NCBI RefSeq assembly: GCF_964204645.1
Contig: NC_134025.1
Coordinates: forward strand, 15,909,101-15,973,100
Length of the DNA stretch: 64,000 nucleotides
Reading direction: 5' to 3'
From: Tubulanus polymorphus
Taxonomy: Eukaryota; Animalia; Nemertea
Positions 1-13,077 of the stretch are shown here, piece after piece; the stretch's first letter is position 1; each line of letters begins with the position of its first letter. The notes under the pieces are model-generated. The model worked only from the letters and a program-made list of their open reading frames with translations, ran no database searches and was not told the origin of the DNA. A program made the translations under genes and the position numbers.

Positions 1-81
1 CGTACCCTATATATCTTATTTTTTATAAATTCTGATGTAATGGCAATGTTTTACATAATGTACTTGGTTTTCAATTTTTAG

Positions 82-1119
82 CTCGGCTGTGACCTTGTTT
101 AAATTTACCCGTCACTTCTTAACAGGTTCCCCTGTCAAGGCTGGTGACTTACCTCTATCAAAATCAAAGAAACGCGAGGTATCAATGGAGGATCCAAGGC
201 CTGTGAAATACCGGAAATCAGCTGGATACGAGGATTATGTCCGGGGAATTGTCCTTAATTACTGCTCTGTATCGTCTTTAGACCTACCCATCAAGTATAA
301 GTACAAGAAAGCCGATATCAAAACAGCAGCAATTGACCATGATTATCTGAAAAAAACTTTGCTTGAATATTGGGTGGAAAACTCTATTAAGGTAAGTTTT
401 TAATCAACGTGTCTGAGAGTGACCTATGTTATCCTTCCCTCTGTGCTTATAATTAATATTCCATTTTGCCTTTTCAGTTAAATGAAACACAGGCAATATT
501 ACTAGAAAGGAGTACTAGGAAGCAGGCAGAATCTAGTCAATGGTTTCAGGAAAGGCAGCTACGATTAACTGCATCTCGTTTCGGTGAAATTGTTTCGCTC
601 ACGAAAAGGCGCAATATCGACAAATTGTGTAAATCTCTTCACGATAATATTCCGTTGAGAAATGCTGCTGTTTGCCATGGAAAGACATTCGAAAGTAAGG
701 CGATAGCGGCTTTTGAAGGTAAATTCTCCGTTAAAGTACAGCCTTGCGGACTTCATGTGAGGCCAGATATAGATTATCTAGGCGCGAGCCCAGATGGCCT
801 TGTGTCTGAGGATGCCATTGTTGAAGTGAAATGTCCGTATCGCGGTAGAAATGAACTTATTGCTCCGGGGCCATACTTCAAGTTTCTTAGTGCAAAAGAT
901 AAGAAGCTGAAACGTTCGCATAATTACTATGATCAGATTCAAGGACAGTTGCATATTTGCAAACGGAAAATGTGCTATTTCGTTGTTTATACTCATAAGG
1001 ACCTTTATGTAGAGAGGGTTTATCATGATCAAAAACACTGTGAACTATCTCTGCTTCCAAAATTAGAAATCTTTTATAGGAAGTACTATTCAAAGTATTT
1101 AACAATGCATGCGTTCTAA
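82..1119 (+). CDS. YqaJ/lambda-exonuclease-like protein, 3' exons (82-391, 478-1119)
   Basis: Motifs W..ER..RLTASRFG, HG..FE, CGL...YLGASPDG..VEVKCPY and YYDQIQGQL. A phase-0 GT-AG intron at 392-477 (AAG|gtaagt...ttttcag|TTA) joins the two ORFs in frame. An upstream acceptor ends at 81. Confidence 0.88.
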
Positions 1120-1912
1120 AACATCTAGATTATTCCTGGAGATATAGATCGGATATTTTCCGAAGATTCCATAGTTTTTGGCATTAATATCTTCATACAA
1201 CTAAATTTGTAAATACATGTACATCCCAATTGTATGATATAGATTTCATGTCAATATCGGCTTACTATTTGTTGATACTTTTAAGTTTTAATATTTTTTA
1301 TCATCTATTATCAATATTTTTTATCATATATAGTTATTTCAAACAGATATACTTGTCAGGTTGTGTAGTTATATGCATAATTACTGACGATGGTGGGTCA
1401 AAAGTTTGAAAATTAATGATTTACTCCTTTTCTGACCATATTTCATTACCATGATTATTTATTATTTCATTATGTGCTGCGCCTGACTATGGCATGAATG
1501 CTTTAGTCCCAAAACTCAAACTCTTCCATTTTACATAAAATATCTGTGTTATCATGCATTTTAAAAAGATTTTATGTAGCGTTGTTGTATTTTTGGTTTT
1601 TACCAGTTTTAAATCAATAAAAGGGTTTGTTACTGGAATGAAAATTAGTTTGTCCTTTGAATTGAAAACACTGCAAAAGAGTGGATTAAGTCAAAGTGAA
1701 ATAGGTTATATTGCGCACAGATTTTGAATATCAACGACAGACAATTAATTACAGTCCAGGCCCATAATTGATATCTAAGAATTTGGGATTTACCTAAATA
1801 ATCTATTAAGAGAAACAATGATGTTTCTTTAAAGCAGGGGTTTCGATGAATCTCAAAACAAAACTCAAAAATATATACTTTAGATATCAATTAACAGACA
1901 TTAACAATAAGG

Positions 1913-3615
1913 TTAAGCAAATTCGTTCACAATAGCTGGTCTGAAATTGCTTATACTGAAACAAACATAAACTATCCTAGAACCCATATTGACTTTACTA
2001 AGCGGCAGGTCTTTTTTCAAAATAAGAAAAGTTTTTGACAATCCGATTACTCTTTCTACTTGGATGCGTTTACTGGCTACTCTACGATCATGAACTACTT
2101 GTTCAGGTTCAAGTTGACTCTTGCCCTTCAATAAAGTTGGGGTGTTCACCTTAATGTTCTTGGTAGCAAAAAGATCTTGTACCATTATACCTCTATCGGC
2201 CATGATGCTGTCATTCGAGCTGAAGTATTTTGAGGTGTTTGAACACAGCTGGGATCGTTCAATGATTTGTCGGTCACTTGTTGAACCCGCATAACTTTCA
2301 CTTACATAACTAACGACCCCTCTCGGTGATATTCCAACCATAGTTTTAAGCGTGTTCTTATGTTTGTATGTGCTGAAAGTTGCAGTTTGAGATTTTACAT
2401 TCGACGGCTTTTCAATTGGAATCTCTGTAGCATCTAAAATAACTCTGGTTGACGGAAAATGATGCTTAAAGCCACTGGGCATGAAACAGTCTATCTCTTC
2501 TCTCTCTGGCCATGTATTGATTTCACTTAATTGGAAATACATGAAGTTTACCCAGGTTAACACAATCCTAGAAACTACACTCTCTGATATGCCGAACAGA
2601 ATACTCAGTTCTATATCTTCCTTGGCACGCCTTAATTTGATTAATGTCAAGAAAAATTGATTGACCGGTGTTAGTTTCTGACATTTGTAATTCAAATCGT
2701 ACGCAGCAGGTCCTAGTACACTGAAAAACATCATCAAATGTTCATAGTCTTTAAAACTGGTGTAATATTTGATCGACCTAGGATCCACCATAAATCTCTC
2801 GATACAGAAAAATTGATCTGAAAGGAGGGAACACTGAATATTCTTATCCAAGTTAGTGTTTTTATTGGTTGGTTCCTCTATTATGTCCATTCTGTAATTG
2901 CTGGTATGTTGTAGGCCTATTTCAACTTCAGTGGCTATGTCATGGTGTACAGGTTCTTCCTCCAGTTTTAATCTTCGCCGACTGGCTCTACTTTCTCTCT
3001 CTGAATCTGAGGAAACTGGTGGTGTGAAGGCAAATATACGCGGAATGGCATTCTCTTTTAATTTTCTTCTAGAACCTGAAACACATAAAGAAAAAAACAT
3101 ATTTCTACTCAAAGATCAACAGCTGCCAGTCAAGTCAACAACCTTTAAATTAAAAAGATAAATCTACCACATAAATTATTAGGCCTATTGTTGTTATTAT
3201 CATAATTGAGTTATATCATTATCCTGTTATCAACAAACTACTATGATGATATGAAAATAAGCGCCTGGCTTTTTAAAAAAAGTTCAAAACATCGACATTG
3301 CATAATATCGATAGGCCCAAGCTGAGGCCTAAACGAATCAGCCTGCCTTGGATCTTGACCGCTTATTTCACCTTAGTTGGAAAACTCAATAGGAAAGCCA
3401 TATTTACCGGTAAGTGTCTGTTTATAGTCCGTTGGTAAAAAATGTCGATGGCATACGATAGCTGTATCCGATGGCTGCCATAATTTTGCAGATTTCTCGC
3501 TACTCTGTAGTCGTTTTATCGCAACAAGCCATTTCATTTTCAAATCTGTGTTCGTAGGGAACTTAAATCCGCCTACTCTTGACTTACAAAGGGGTACACA
3601 ACAATAGCGAGGCAT
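1913..3615 (-). CDS. THAP-domain + HTH + DDE (Harbinger/IS5-like) transposase, exons 3615-3408 and 3075-1913
   Basis: Exon 1 is a THAP C2CH domain (MPRYCCVPLC...FP...W...VCHRHF). Intron 3407-3076 (G|gtaaat...tttcag|GT) restores GSRRKLKENAIP, the THAP AVP box. Catalytic motifs ILDATE, MADRG and VERVIG. Confidence 0.9.
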
Positions 3616-5953
3616 TATAATAGATTCAAGCGCTTTTCAAATCGTCAATTCGCTCGAACGCGGAGATGAATAAAATGTTGTTTACAATTCAAATTCAAAT
3701 CACTAGGGCCACTAACACGCGCGCGCCATCTCGCGGCAGCGCTCAGCGCGGCGAGCCCCATTACTCATAAGTAGTTCCATTGCAAGATCGTTTCTCTCGG
3801 CTAACGTAGTCCGTTGATCACTTGGTCCGCTTCTACGAGTTAGGCCTTCAAGTTTTGGAATCTTTACACGTTGGACAGGCTTTGATCAGATGAAGCAGCT
3901 GAGTTCAAAGTATCGTAGAATTATTACCAGTCCAAAAGGTTCCCATCCAACGTCATAAGAGTTATTTCGGAAGATTCATTGTTTGATTGGGTAGGAGCGA
4001 CATTGTTTGCGACTGCTGTAGCCTGGAATTTCTTCCGATTTTTAATTTGAATATTTGTCCTGGTTCGGCCAATTCTGCGCTGTAATTGTCGGATGTGAAG
4101 GGAGATTCTTCCATTTCAGCATCTGGTGTTAAACGGAGTATGCTGTCATCTAATGTCATGAGTTTGAAGACTTTTGAACGAACGTATCCATATGAATTCG
4201 AACGGAGTTTTGGATACCGGTATATCTTCTTTCTGTAGAATTATTTGTCTCTTGTCTTTCGTTTTTGTAATTTGGCTCCGATAGGGACCTGTTAAGCGTA
4301 GAAGTCGTTTCCTATCGACTTCGGACATTTTCTCTGCTATCCAAGTCACGGCAACATATGTGGAGATCTTGGTGTTTTACAGTAGAAATGAGGTCGATGC
4401 TGTGAAATAATGAGAGAAGACCTTTTCGTTTGATATGCAGAATACAACTGTTAATTTCCGACTCCGCAGACAACACATGCTCACGCTAATATGATGGGCG
4501 GGGATACTACATAGATCACCTATTTCTAATAATACAAACTGGCGTTCTCCTCAGACGCTCAACAATATCGGAGAAAGTATCGATTCATAGAATCGCATTG
4601 TTGATAATATTCACATAGAATCGCAGACGCACAAAAATAAAACGATCGTTTTCCACCGTATTATTGCAGATAATGTGTACATACGTATATATATGCCCTT
4701 TTCATTTCTTGTGCTCCTGTCAAAGTATGTCCCTAGATCCGCCTCTTATCTGTTGACGAATAAGTTGACGTTTTGAGACTAGCGCTTGAGCATACGGGTT
4801 GATGAAGTCAAGTAAGCGACGCGCGACTAGACACCAGTCAAACGCTCGATGCCAATATCAGAAACCAATCCATTCTATTACTCGCTTAGTTGGAGTTAAA
4901 ACGTCCATTAACGTGTACATGAATCAAAGACTACTGGTTCTTATGTATCAATATCATGCATGCTACATGATAAAACAGTATAAAACACGTTAAAACAGTA
5001 TAAAAGGGAGGGTTTTTAAATGAGATGGAGATTAGAGAGTGATGCGGAGAGCAGAAAAGAAAGGGAGGAGTGTGAATAATGAAGAGGCCGGATCTCTAGA
5101 AGGAAAGAGTTGTAGTTATTATCTTATGCTTAAGAACGATACCGGAGAAATCGTACAGTGACGATAAGGAAGGAATAGAAAAATAGAAAACAACTAGATC
5201 AACATTGGTGGATATGTCAGCTGACATAACATTTGGTGGAACATTTTAGCGACAAAACACTCATCCCCATGCAGAACGACTCCCAATTGAAGGTATACTT
5301 GAGCTACAATTATATAAAGATACGTGGAAGCTTACTTATTTGATGGAAGTCCATGAATTAGCCTTGGAATTCTACGCATAGTTTCCTAGAAAATTTAGAC
5401 AATAAATTTTTAAAAAGTGCAGTTTGACGATCGGTTAAGATAAAGTGACACATTGCTGGCAAACAAGCATGGGCAGAATTCAAATTCGAACGCGACAATT
5501 CAAAGAAAATATAACAATCTGTTTTGAACGCAGGCTTTTACTGCGAGTATTGCCTCCTAAAAAAGGCTTAAATTTTGACATTGATCAACAACGACACGGA
5601 TCATTCAAACCGACACGTGGTGAACCCCTTCACAGCGAGTTCTCACTGTTACTACTAGGTGGCGTACATCGTGAAAAATAATTTCAGCATCGCTCTCTTG
5701 ACGTGAAATATAGTCCTTTTATTATAGAAATAAAAAAAACCGGTTCATATGTACATATACATAAGTGTGCAATATTACCACCATGGAATAGTGAAAAGAC
5801 AGTCCTTGTTATCATCAAAGTTGTTTCGACTAAACTTGGTGCATCAGTTTACTTTGTATAAAGTAGCTGTTATGGATCCTTATATCAAGTATAAGTATCG
5901 ACCTCTAGGTGGCGCATCACCAAAATTTCCTTGCGATCTTTGTACGCTACATA

Positions 5954-6350
5954 AGTAGTATTATGTATGGGATTCCTAAGAAGGGATTTCTGCGTAAAAA
6001 AGCACCCGATTCCTTGGCTGCTATTTCTGCGAAATACCAACCCAGTAATCGCGCGCTTTTTTTCCGCATGAACCCCTTCTTACGAATCCCATGTATAATA
6101 CTACTTTCCGGCATAGATTTTTAAAAACGTCGGTTTCCCGCGCGCTATCATGTATGTAATATTATTTACGTTTTTACGCGCAAACCTATCCGATTGATCT
6201 CCGACTGTCCGGCGCGGATATTCTGAAAACGTGGTTTGCGCGCTTTTTTCCGCTTGAACCCTTTCTTACGAATCCCACATAATACTACTGCTTCCCGGCA
6301 CATATTTTGAAAGCGTCGGCTTTCCGCGCGCTTTCCATATAATATCATTT
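5954..6350 (+). repeat. Left terminal inverted repeat of the Polinton, with reiterated terminus-like units
   Basis: agtagtattatgtatgggattcc at 5954; reverse copies end ...aatactact at 6105 and 6289. The block matches the reverse complement of 25768-26115. Confidence 0.8.
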
Positions 6351-7099
6351 GTCCTGCATATTTAATACTTACAATTTCCCCATTTTTTCGGTTGGTGGTT
6401 CTTTAAAATCTTCTTCATATCGAAAAGAATGCTTACCTTTCCGATAACGAAATCGACATTTTTGAATTAGTCTAGTTCTAGCATCCGCGATACAAAACGG
6501 ATCCCAGTACTTAATCTATTCAATTACTGATCGTTCGTCAATCCCTCCCTCCGAAATCGGCGTGGTAATACGTACGTTCGTACGTATAGGTCTATGCGAT
6601 AATCGCTTATCGTCTATCTTTATCTCCGAAATTGATGTTTGTGGAATTAGTACCCAGTTTCGCAAGGGCGGTGGGTTCTTTTTCTCGAAATTGGTCTATT
6701 CTCCTGTTCACCGTAAATCCTTCTCTCGTTTCTTCCCGCATTATGAAGTCTTACTTTCATGTGCACTGACTGTATCTACGCCGCGTTGATTTATCCAACA
6801 ACCAATAGCGAAATAAAACCATCCTCACCGTTTCTTTATCGCGCACGCCGGTTGGTTCTATAACGCTTTGGGTGTCTGGTTTCTATTTTTTCCTTTTTCC
6901 TCCTTTTTTCGATATTATGACATAAAACCTATTACAACGAGTACGAGTGATTTGTTTTCGACACACATTTTTATTCAGATAGTTTTTCTCGCCAACAACC
7001 TACGTGTGAGTAAGATAGGATATATAGTTATTATATTCTTACACCGTTAAAACGTACAATATCATCGCATATTTAAAGGATATAATTTTCATTCCTGTG

Positions 7100-7293
7100 A
7101 AAACTAATAATTTCCCGTTATAACCTTGCGGTGTTTCGCAAGCCAAACCGGTGTTGATTAACCGTTGTTCCATCGGCGCTATTGTTGTCGTTTCGACGGA
7201 GTGAACGTCGAAAACAGCCGCATCGGTTGTTGCTTTTACCCGAACCGGCGCGTCCGGCTGCAGTATTTTCAATTTGATCGGTGGTCTCTCCAT
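7100..7293 (-). pseudogene. dut: dUTPase, N-terminal fragment (Polinton accessory gene)
   Basis: MERPPIKLKILQPDA-PVRVKATTDAAVFDVHS...IAPMEQRLINTGLACETPQGYNGKL covers dUTPase motif 1 and the start of motif 2, then is truncated. Confidence 0.75.
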
Positions 7294-7885
7294 ACCTCTT
7301 TTCGATGTTCCCGTGGACACAACGTCGAACCGCTTGTGTTTCCTCGCACGATGTTACATCATATATTGCCTGTTTAACACATTTAACGCAGTCTCAAATG
7401 TTTTGTGACTTTCTCAAAATGTATCAAAAATTTAACTAATTTTTAGTTCATAAGTCCTCAAATATTCATAAATGAACAGTTAAAAATTGTTGAAACATGT
7501 CGACTCTGCCGTAAAATCAACCTATTAACAGTCCGGAATTTGGGATTATATTGGGCTTTAGAGAACATAATGCCCCCGAGGTCTTCACATTTACAGAAAA
7601 GATTATGTAAGTGATTCACTCGCAGCGCGCGATAGGCGCACAATAGAAATCTGAGCAGCGCGTTCTTTGAGTGTCACCAATTAAGAGGACCGCTATTGTG
7701 AAAATTGACTGCGGGAGGAATATTCCTCCCAATGTCAATCGATGGAAACTTGACCATGGGGTCCGATATTCAAAGAATTGACTTTGGGAGGAATATTCCT
7801 CCCAAGGTCAAACGAAGAGAATTTGACCTTCAGGTCTGATATTCAAAGTATCGACGTCGGGAGGATTGTTCCTCCCTATGTCAAA

Positions 7886-7919
7886 CCATGGACGTATAAT
7901 CTAGTTTATACGTCCATGG
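7886..7919. mobile_element. 34-bp palindromic micro-MITE with 5-bp TSD
   Basis: ccatggacgtataa-tctagt-ttatacgtccatgg is flanked by tcaaa on both sides and is absent from the matching position of the right TIR. Confidence 0.8.
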
Positions 7920-10777
7920 TCAAACGAAGGAAAATGGACCTGGTCTGATATTCGAAATATTGTCATTTGTCAACTGAAGGAAAATGAACCCGAGTCTTAG
8001 ATTCAAAGTATATTGATTTAGGGAGGAATTTTTCCTCCCACCACTAAACGCTATAACCTGAAATTTTAGAAAGATAGGTGTTTTGGGTGTAATTAGTTTT
8101 TTTAAAGCCATAAAGCCGGTAGATTTATGAATTTCGAGTGATACGATACACATTGTTCGAGGTAATGAGACGGTATGAGACATAGGCCTACATACAATTT
8201 AAGAAAACTAAATAGATTTTGTATTTTCCTTGTCTAACAGTAAGTTGCTATAACTTTGTTGACAATCAATTGTAATCAGATTGTAATCATGCCCTTCCCG
8301 ATAAACATGTAGAGGGGATTCGTAATTAAAACACGTGCATAACATAGAAATTAAGTTTTGATTATACAGGGAATATATTAGGACTGCTTACAAATTTTCA
8401 CAAGACTCCGATAAATCTAAATAACGGCACGAGTTTAGCTAATTTACGGGTTTAAAGGTTCATTTTCAGAGTCAATGGACGTAATTTGATAAATGCATTC
8501 TTTAAATGGAAATTCTATAGTAATCGATACAAATCATTTATATTAAGTGTTTTGTGTTAATTAAGAATGGTAATTCAAGGATTAAAGATCGTTATGAAGC
8601 TGATACATTTCATTCGTGTGGATTCTTCTCTCATTACTAGCGTTAATAGGAGATTCGCGTGTCACGCATGATATTCGAGTCGTATTTCTTTCATTTACGA
8701 TCGCAAATTAGCCATTGTCCTAGTGAGCATTATTCTCATTTATATGTATAAGTGTATTCGGTATGAGGGTTTGTTTCTTTCTTCACTCCTGTATACACAA
8801 TTCAGAAATAGGAGTTAATAAGGAGGTTTTACTCCTAACCGAACTCAGTTCCCATTCAGTTCAGTTCAAGTTTATATGCATGGAGATCTATGAAATAAGG
8901 GAAAATACAATCCAGCCTACTAGCCACTGAACGTTAGCACCCAGAAAACGTCAAGAATTTGCAGAGAGAAAACATTATGTTACAAAAATATCGGATAAAA
9001 TTCATTCTAAACATGCGTTACTAGGCCCAGAACTCCAGATATCGGGATGTTATGTCTAAGGCAGATTTCTCCCTTTATGACACAACCATTTAATTACTCA
9101 TGTGACCATTATGTTTAAACACCTCTCACAATCAAGCTTAAGCTAAAGTGGCCTGCGGTATGAATGCTTTAGTATTGATTCATATACGAAGCATTATAGT
9201 CTTTACATTGAAATTAGTTGATAGAATGCATCTTACTTTTTCTCGACTTAAAAATTATTATTTGATTGACATACTACGGATTCGGAAACTAGTTGATTAA
9301 AAGCACAAACGCATACAGTCGCTATCCTGGTAATTAAATCGACTTAAAAATCGATTGATTGTTATTGAAATGATGAAAGTTGAAAAAGACAATCAACGTT
9401 TTTATGAGATATATGTTTCGTTGTTCGTGATATTCATCATACACCAATGTCTAGTAAAATTTAACAATTCAAAGTTACTACAAAACTTGCAAATTCTAAT
9501 GTTTATTTAGCGGCAATTTTCCCTTTGCCATTTTCCAACGTTTATCCAAAGATTGAAATACTTCATTAATACTAAACTAATACTAAAAGTTATCGCACTG
9601 TTAAAATAATATTTCAAATTTCAAATAGTATTTCAAAGATATTTCAAATAAAAAGTTTCAATAATTTATCGCATCGCACAGCAATTTCGTGAAATACATT
9701 TTTGATTTACGGGTGCCTCATAGGCCTGTCATCGCTTGTACATTGTCATAATGAATTCTCTTTAATTGAGCAATATTTACTTAGGACTTAATCACTGATT
9801 TTCTATAGATAATGAGCTATACAAAGCCTAAACCGATAAAATTCAGTGGCTTGTTATTGTCAGCTTGCTTGTATACCAAGCTTCGCTAACATAAACGATG
9901 ATGTTGCCCTTTTAACTGAAATCTTGACGTATCAAATCATAGATAAATAAAACAGCAAAAATTGCTTCAATCGTTTTTACGCATGAGGAATCGATCTTGA
10001 TTTGAAAGGCACTTGTTGACGTGTGGGGAAAAATTGAAAATTTTCACAGAAATCCTATAAAACGATTCCAGTTATTTTGAACTTAATTTTGCAATACAAA
10101 CGAAAACATACCAGCGGCAGCAAATCATAAACTCTTTAATTGGTATTCTTAGGGGATTTTTACCGGGGAATTTCTACCATTACCGTGTAGACGAGCCGGT
10201 AACAAAAACCTTTGGAAACAACAAATTATTCGCTTGTATGAATTTACGCCACTTTTGATAGGACTGCCTAATCAAATATTTCAATCATGAAGATGGCGAG
10301 TTGACTGAGCCCGAGGCGCACAGTCGATAGTAGTTATATAGAAACAACAAACGTAATGCATTTTCCTTAATAGTGTTTCATCTATAGAGATTTAATACAA
10401 CTTGTCAACAGTTCAATTTCTATAATGCGATGACCTATGTATGAAAATATGTTTTCTGTTTGTTTTACGTGTGATCCATGGGGGATAATACCTTCGCCCA
10501 AACGTTCTACACACACATGATACCATTTAATGAATCCGAAATATATCCAGGCCTAGAGTTCATGCTGAAGGATGAAGACTAAGAATATCTTAGCAATATA
10601 ATTTTTAGAAAGAGCTTTTGGTCCACTGAAGTTAAGAATAGCACGCCGGACTCTTTGTTAGGATCGACCACAGTTCTATAGTGAATTGATCACAAGTAGT
10701 TAATTTAGCAAAACAAAGTAAATTGTTCATTACAGTGCATTGCTAAGGGTTAGTTGTAAAAAACCCCAGAATGTTGG

Positions 10778-10852
10778 AAAATGGCCGAGGAAAAATGGCC
10801 AGGAAAGAATGGCCAAGGAAAAAATGGCCACGGAAAAAAAGGCCAAGGAAAA
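10778..10852 (+). repeat. Tandem ~15-bp repeat (aaatggccaaggaaa) x5
   Basis: Directly visible. Confidence 0.85.
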
Positions 10853-12751
10853 TTTATGAGAACTACTGCCAATGTTAATAAAACATAAAGCTTTCAATAT
10901 AATGACATCACATATTTTTCATGGGGCTTAAAACAATTAAAATCGGTATTAATGAGTTCAGAAATGTGATGAACTTACAATTCATTTCATTGCATATAAT
11001 GAATATATCAAGAACTATCATGCAAGTGGTCAATGAATAAACTTACTAGTGATTAACTTAAACTTAATAAAATAACTAAGTCAATAATTCAAAACATCTA
11101 AGTAAGCGAGTAAAAATCCCCTCGGTAAAAATCCCCAATTCTTCAAATTAGGTAATCCCCTCCCTTTGAAGGGATTATAAGTAGATACAATCTTAAGGTC
11201 AATTAATTCGTATTATTGATACGTATATCAAATTTATTCATATTTTACTGTCGAACACCATAAGGATATCAATATGCCCATACAAACTATGCTATTTGAA
11301 TTAAAACATACTATAAATTAACGTTTCATTGATACTAAATTAGTACATATACATGTAGTTATTGCACAGCTTAGTAAAGGGGCTCATCGCACATATCAAA
11401 TATATTACACTAGCTTGAATCTAAAATATTTAATATCAAAAGTACATTATTTCTAATAATTCATGGCATCGCACAGCTGAAATTCAAAAATATTCCAGTT
11501 CGAATCTTAAGATATTACAAATAAAAGTTTATTACTCTTATTAATTCTTACAATTTATCTTATCCGTAAGAATTTATCGCAACGAAAGATTTCATTTAAA
11601 AGTTCAAACATATTTCAGTCTCATTGCAAATTCGAGAAACATCGTGTTTTGACATGTTCTTGACAATCACCAAGTATGAATATTTGGGGGATTTTTACCC
11701 AGGGTATGTTTACCCAGGGTTTAGATTTTTTAGATTTCTACATAGGAAATCTTTACCAGGTGATCTTTTTTGAACGGATGAAGGTATTTTGAAGGAGATA
11801 TTCTGGGGGATTTTTAATTGTCATATCTAGCTACAGTAGATACTTTGATTATTCGCTACGATACTTATTACATATCACACAAATCTGCGTATACGCTAGA
11901 ATCCATACTGTTAGCAAAAATCACTAAGAATCGCAATTTGCTCATTTTGTAATATTTTTTAAATCGTCCAATTTTATTGCAGAGATTCCCCGATATATCA
12001 CGAGTAATGAAACAGATATCATGTTTAAACGTAGATTTTTCTTTTATTTTGAAATCCATAGAGCAAGCATTGGAACCAAATGTTATTGAACATAAAGCTC
12101 CCAACCCTCCCTGCATTTATACATCGAGAAATCCAACTCGACTATAATAGGCTTTTTATCATGGTGTAATATCATGGTGTATAGCTTGTGCAACAGGACG
12201 TCACTGAGTAATTACGTTAATTGTGAGGTGTTTATACATAATAGTTTCGTGTACAATTCATATGGTGGGATCATAATCGGGAAAGATCTGCCTCAAATAC
12301 TTTATCGCCTTAGGGAGCTTCTCGATAAAATTCCCCAAAAATAATTCAAGATCGCCCTATCCAATATCTAAAGGCCATTCAAAGCAATATATTTTGTCAA
12401 TTCTTTTTGAATTTATTCGTAATCAATAACATATTCTTAATAGTAATGATTTTATTATTAGGAATCTGATCTAATATATTTCTAGTTGTAAAACGTAGCT
12501 GTCGGATTTACGAGCAATTATCACATTAATGAGATGATCGCTCGTAAGTCGGATGGATGGACATATTAGTGTGTACCGGTCTACAGTGTCTTTAATTAAA
12601 GATTCCATTTGATATCTGTCGTATTTCTATAAATGAGTACAAACAGAAATATAAACCCTTTACAGGGTACAAATCAGAAGTTAAAACTAGGACAATGGCT
12701 AATTTGCAAACATAAAGGGAAAGATTTCTCTCAACAATCATGACCCACATA

Positions 12752-13077
12752 AGCCGCGATCACACGGAGACGATTTGGCCCGGGCCAAATTAGCACCGAT
12801 CAGGCTCGGGCCAAATTTGGTAATTAGAGAGCGCGTTCACACGCAAACCATTCACTCGATACTAAACAATGCTCAAACAAAGCGAAGTGGATCATTTACG
12901 GTGCTAGTTGCAATTCAAACGCAGTCATTTGTCTGGTGCGCGAGCCTGGTCCGTCGTTTTTGGTCGGGCCAAATTTGGCCCGGGCCAAACAGGCTCGGGC
13001 CCATTGGCACCCGTGTGAACAGTTGGTCCGGCCCAAATTTGGCCCTGGCCTAAAAACATACACGTGTGATCGCGGCT
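12752..13077. mobile_element. PIF/Harbinger-like MITE
   Basis: 15-bp TIR agccgcgatcacacg / cgtgtgatcgcggct, 3-bp TSD ATA and internal ggcccgggccaaa repeats. An older related copy follows (13081-~13345). Confidence 0.75.

Larger units (their letters stand above)
1..3782. mobile_element. ISL2EU-type (PIF/Harbinger-IS5 'PHIS' group) DNA transposon; left end outside the window, right end approximate
   Basis: A THAP+DDE transposase gene lies tail-to-tail with a YqaJ exonuclease gene, the two-gene layout known for ISL2EU. The right end is guessed near ttccattg (~3775-3782); the partner TIR is not in the window. Confidence 0.8.
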
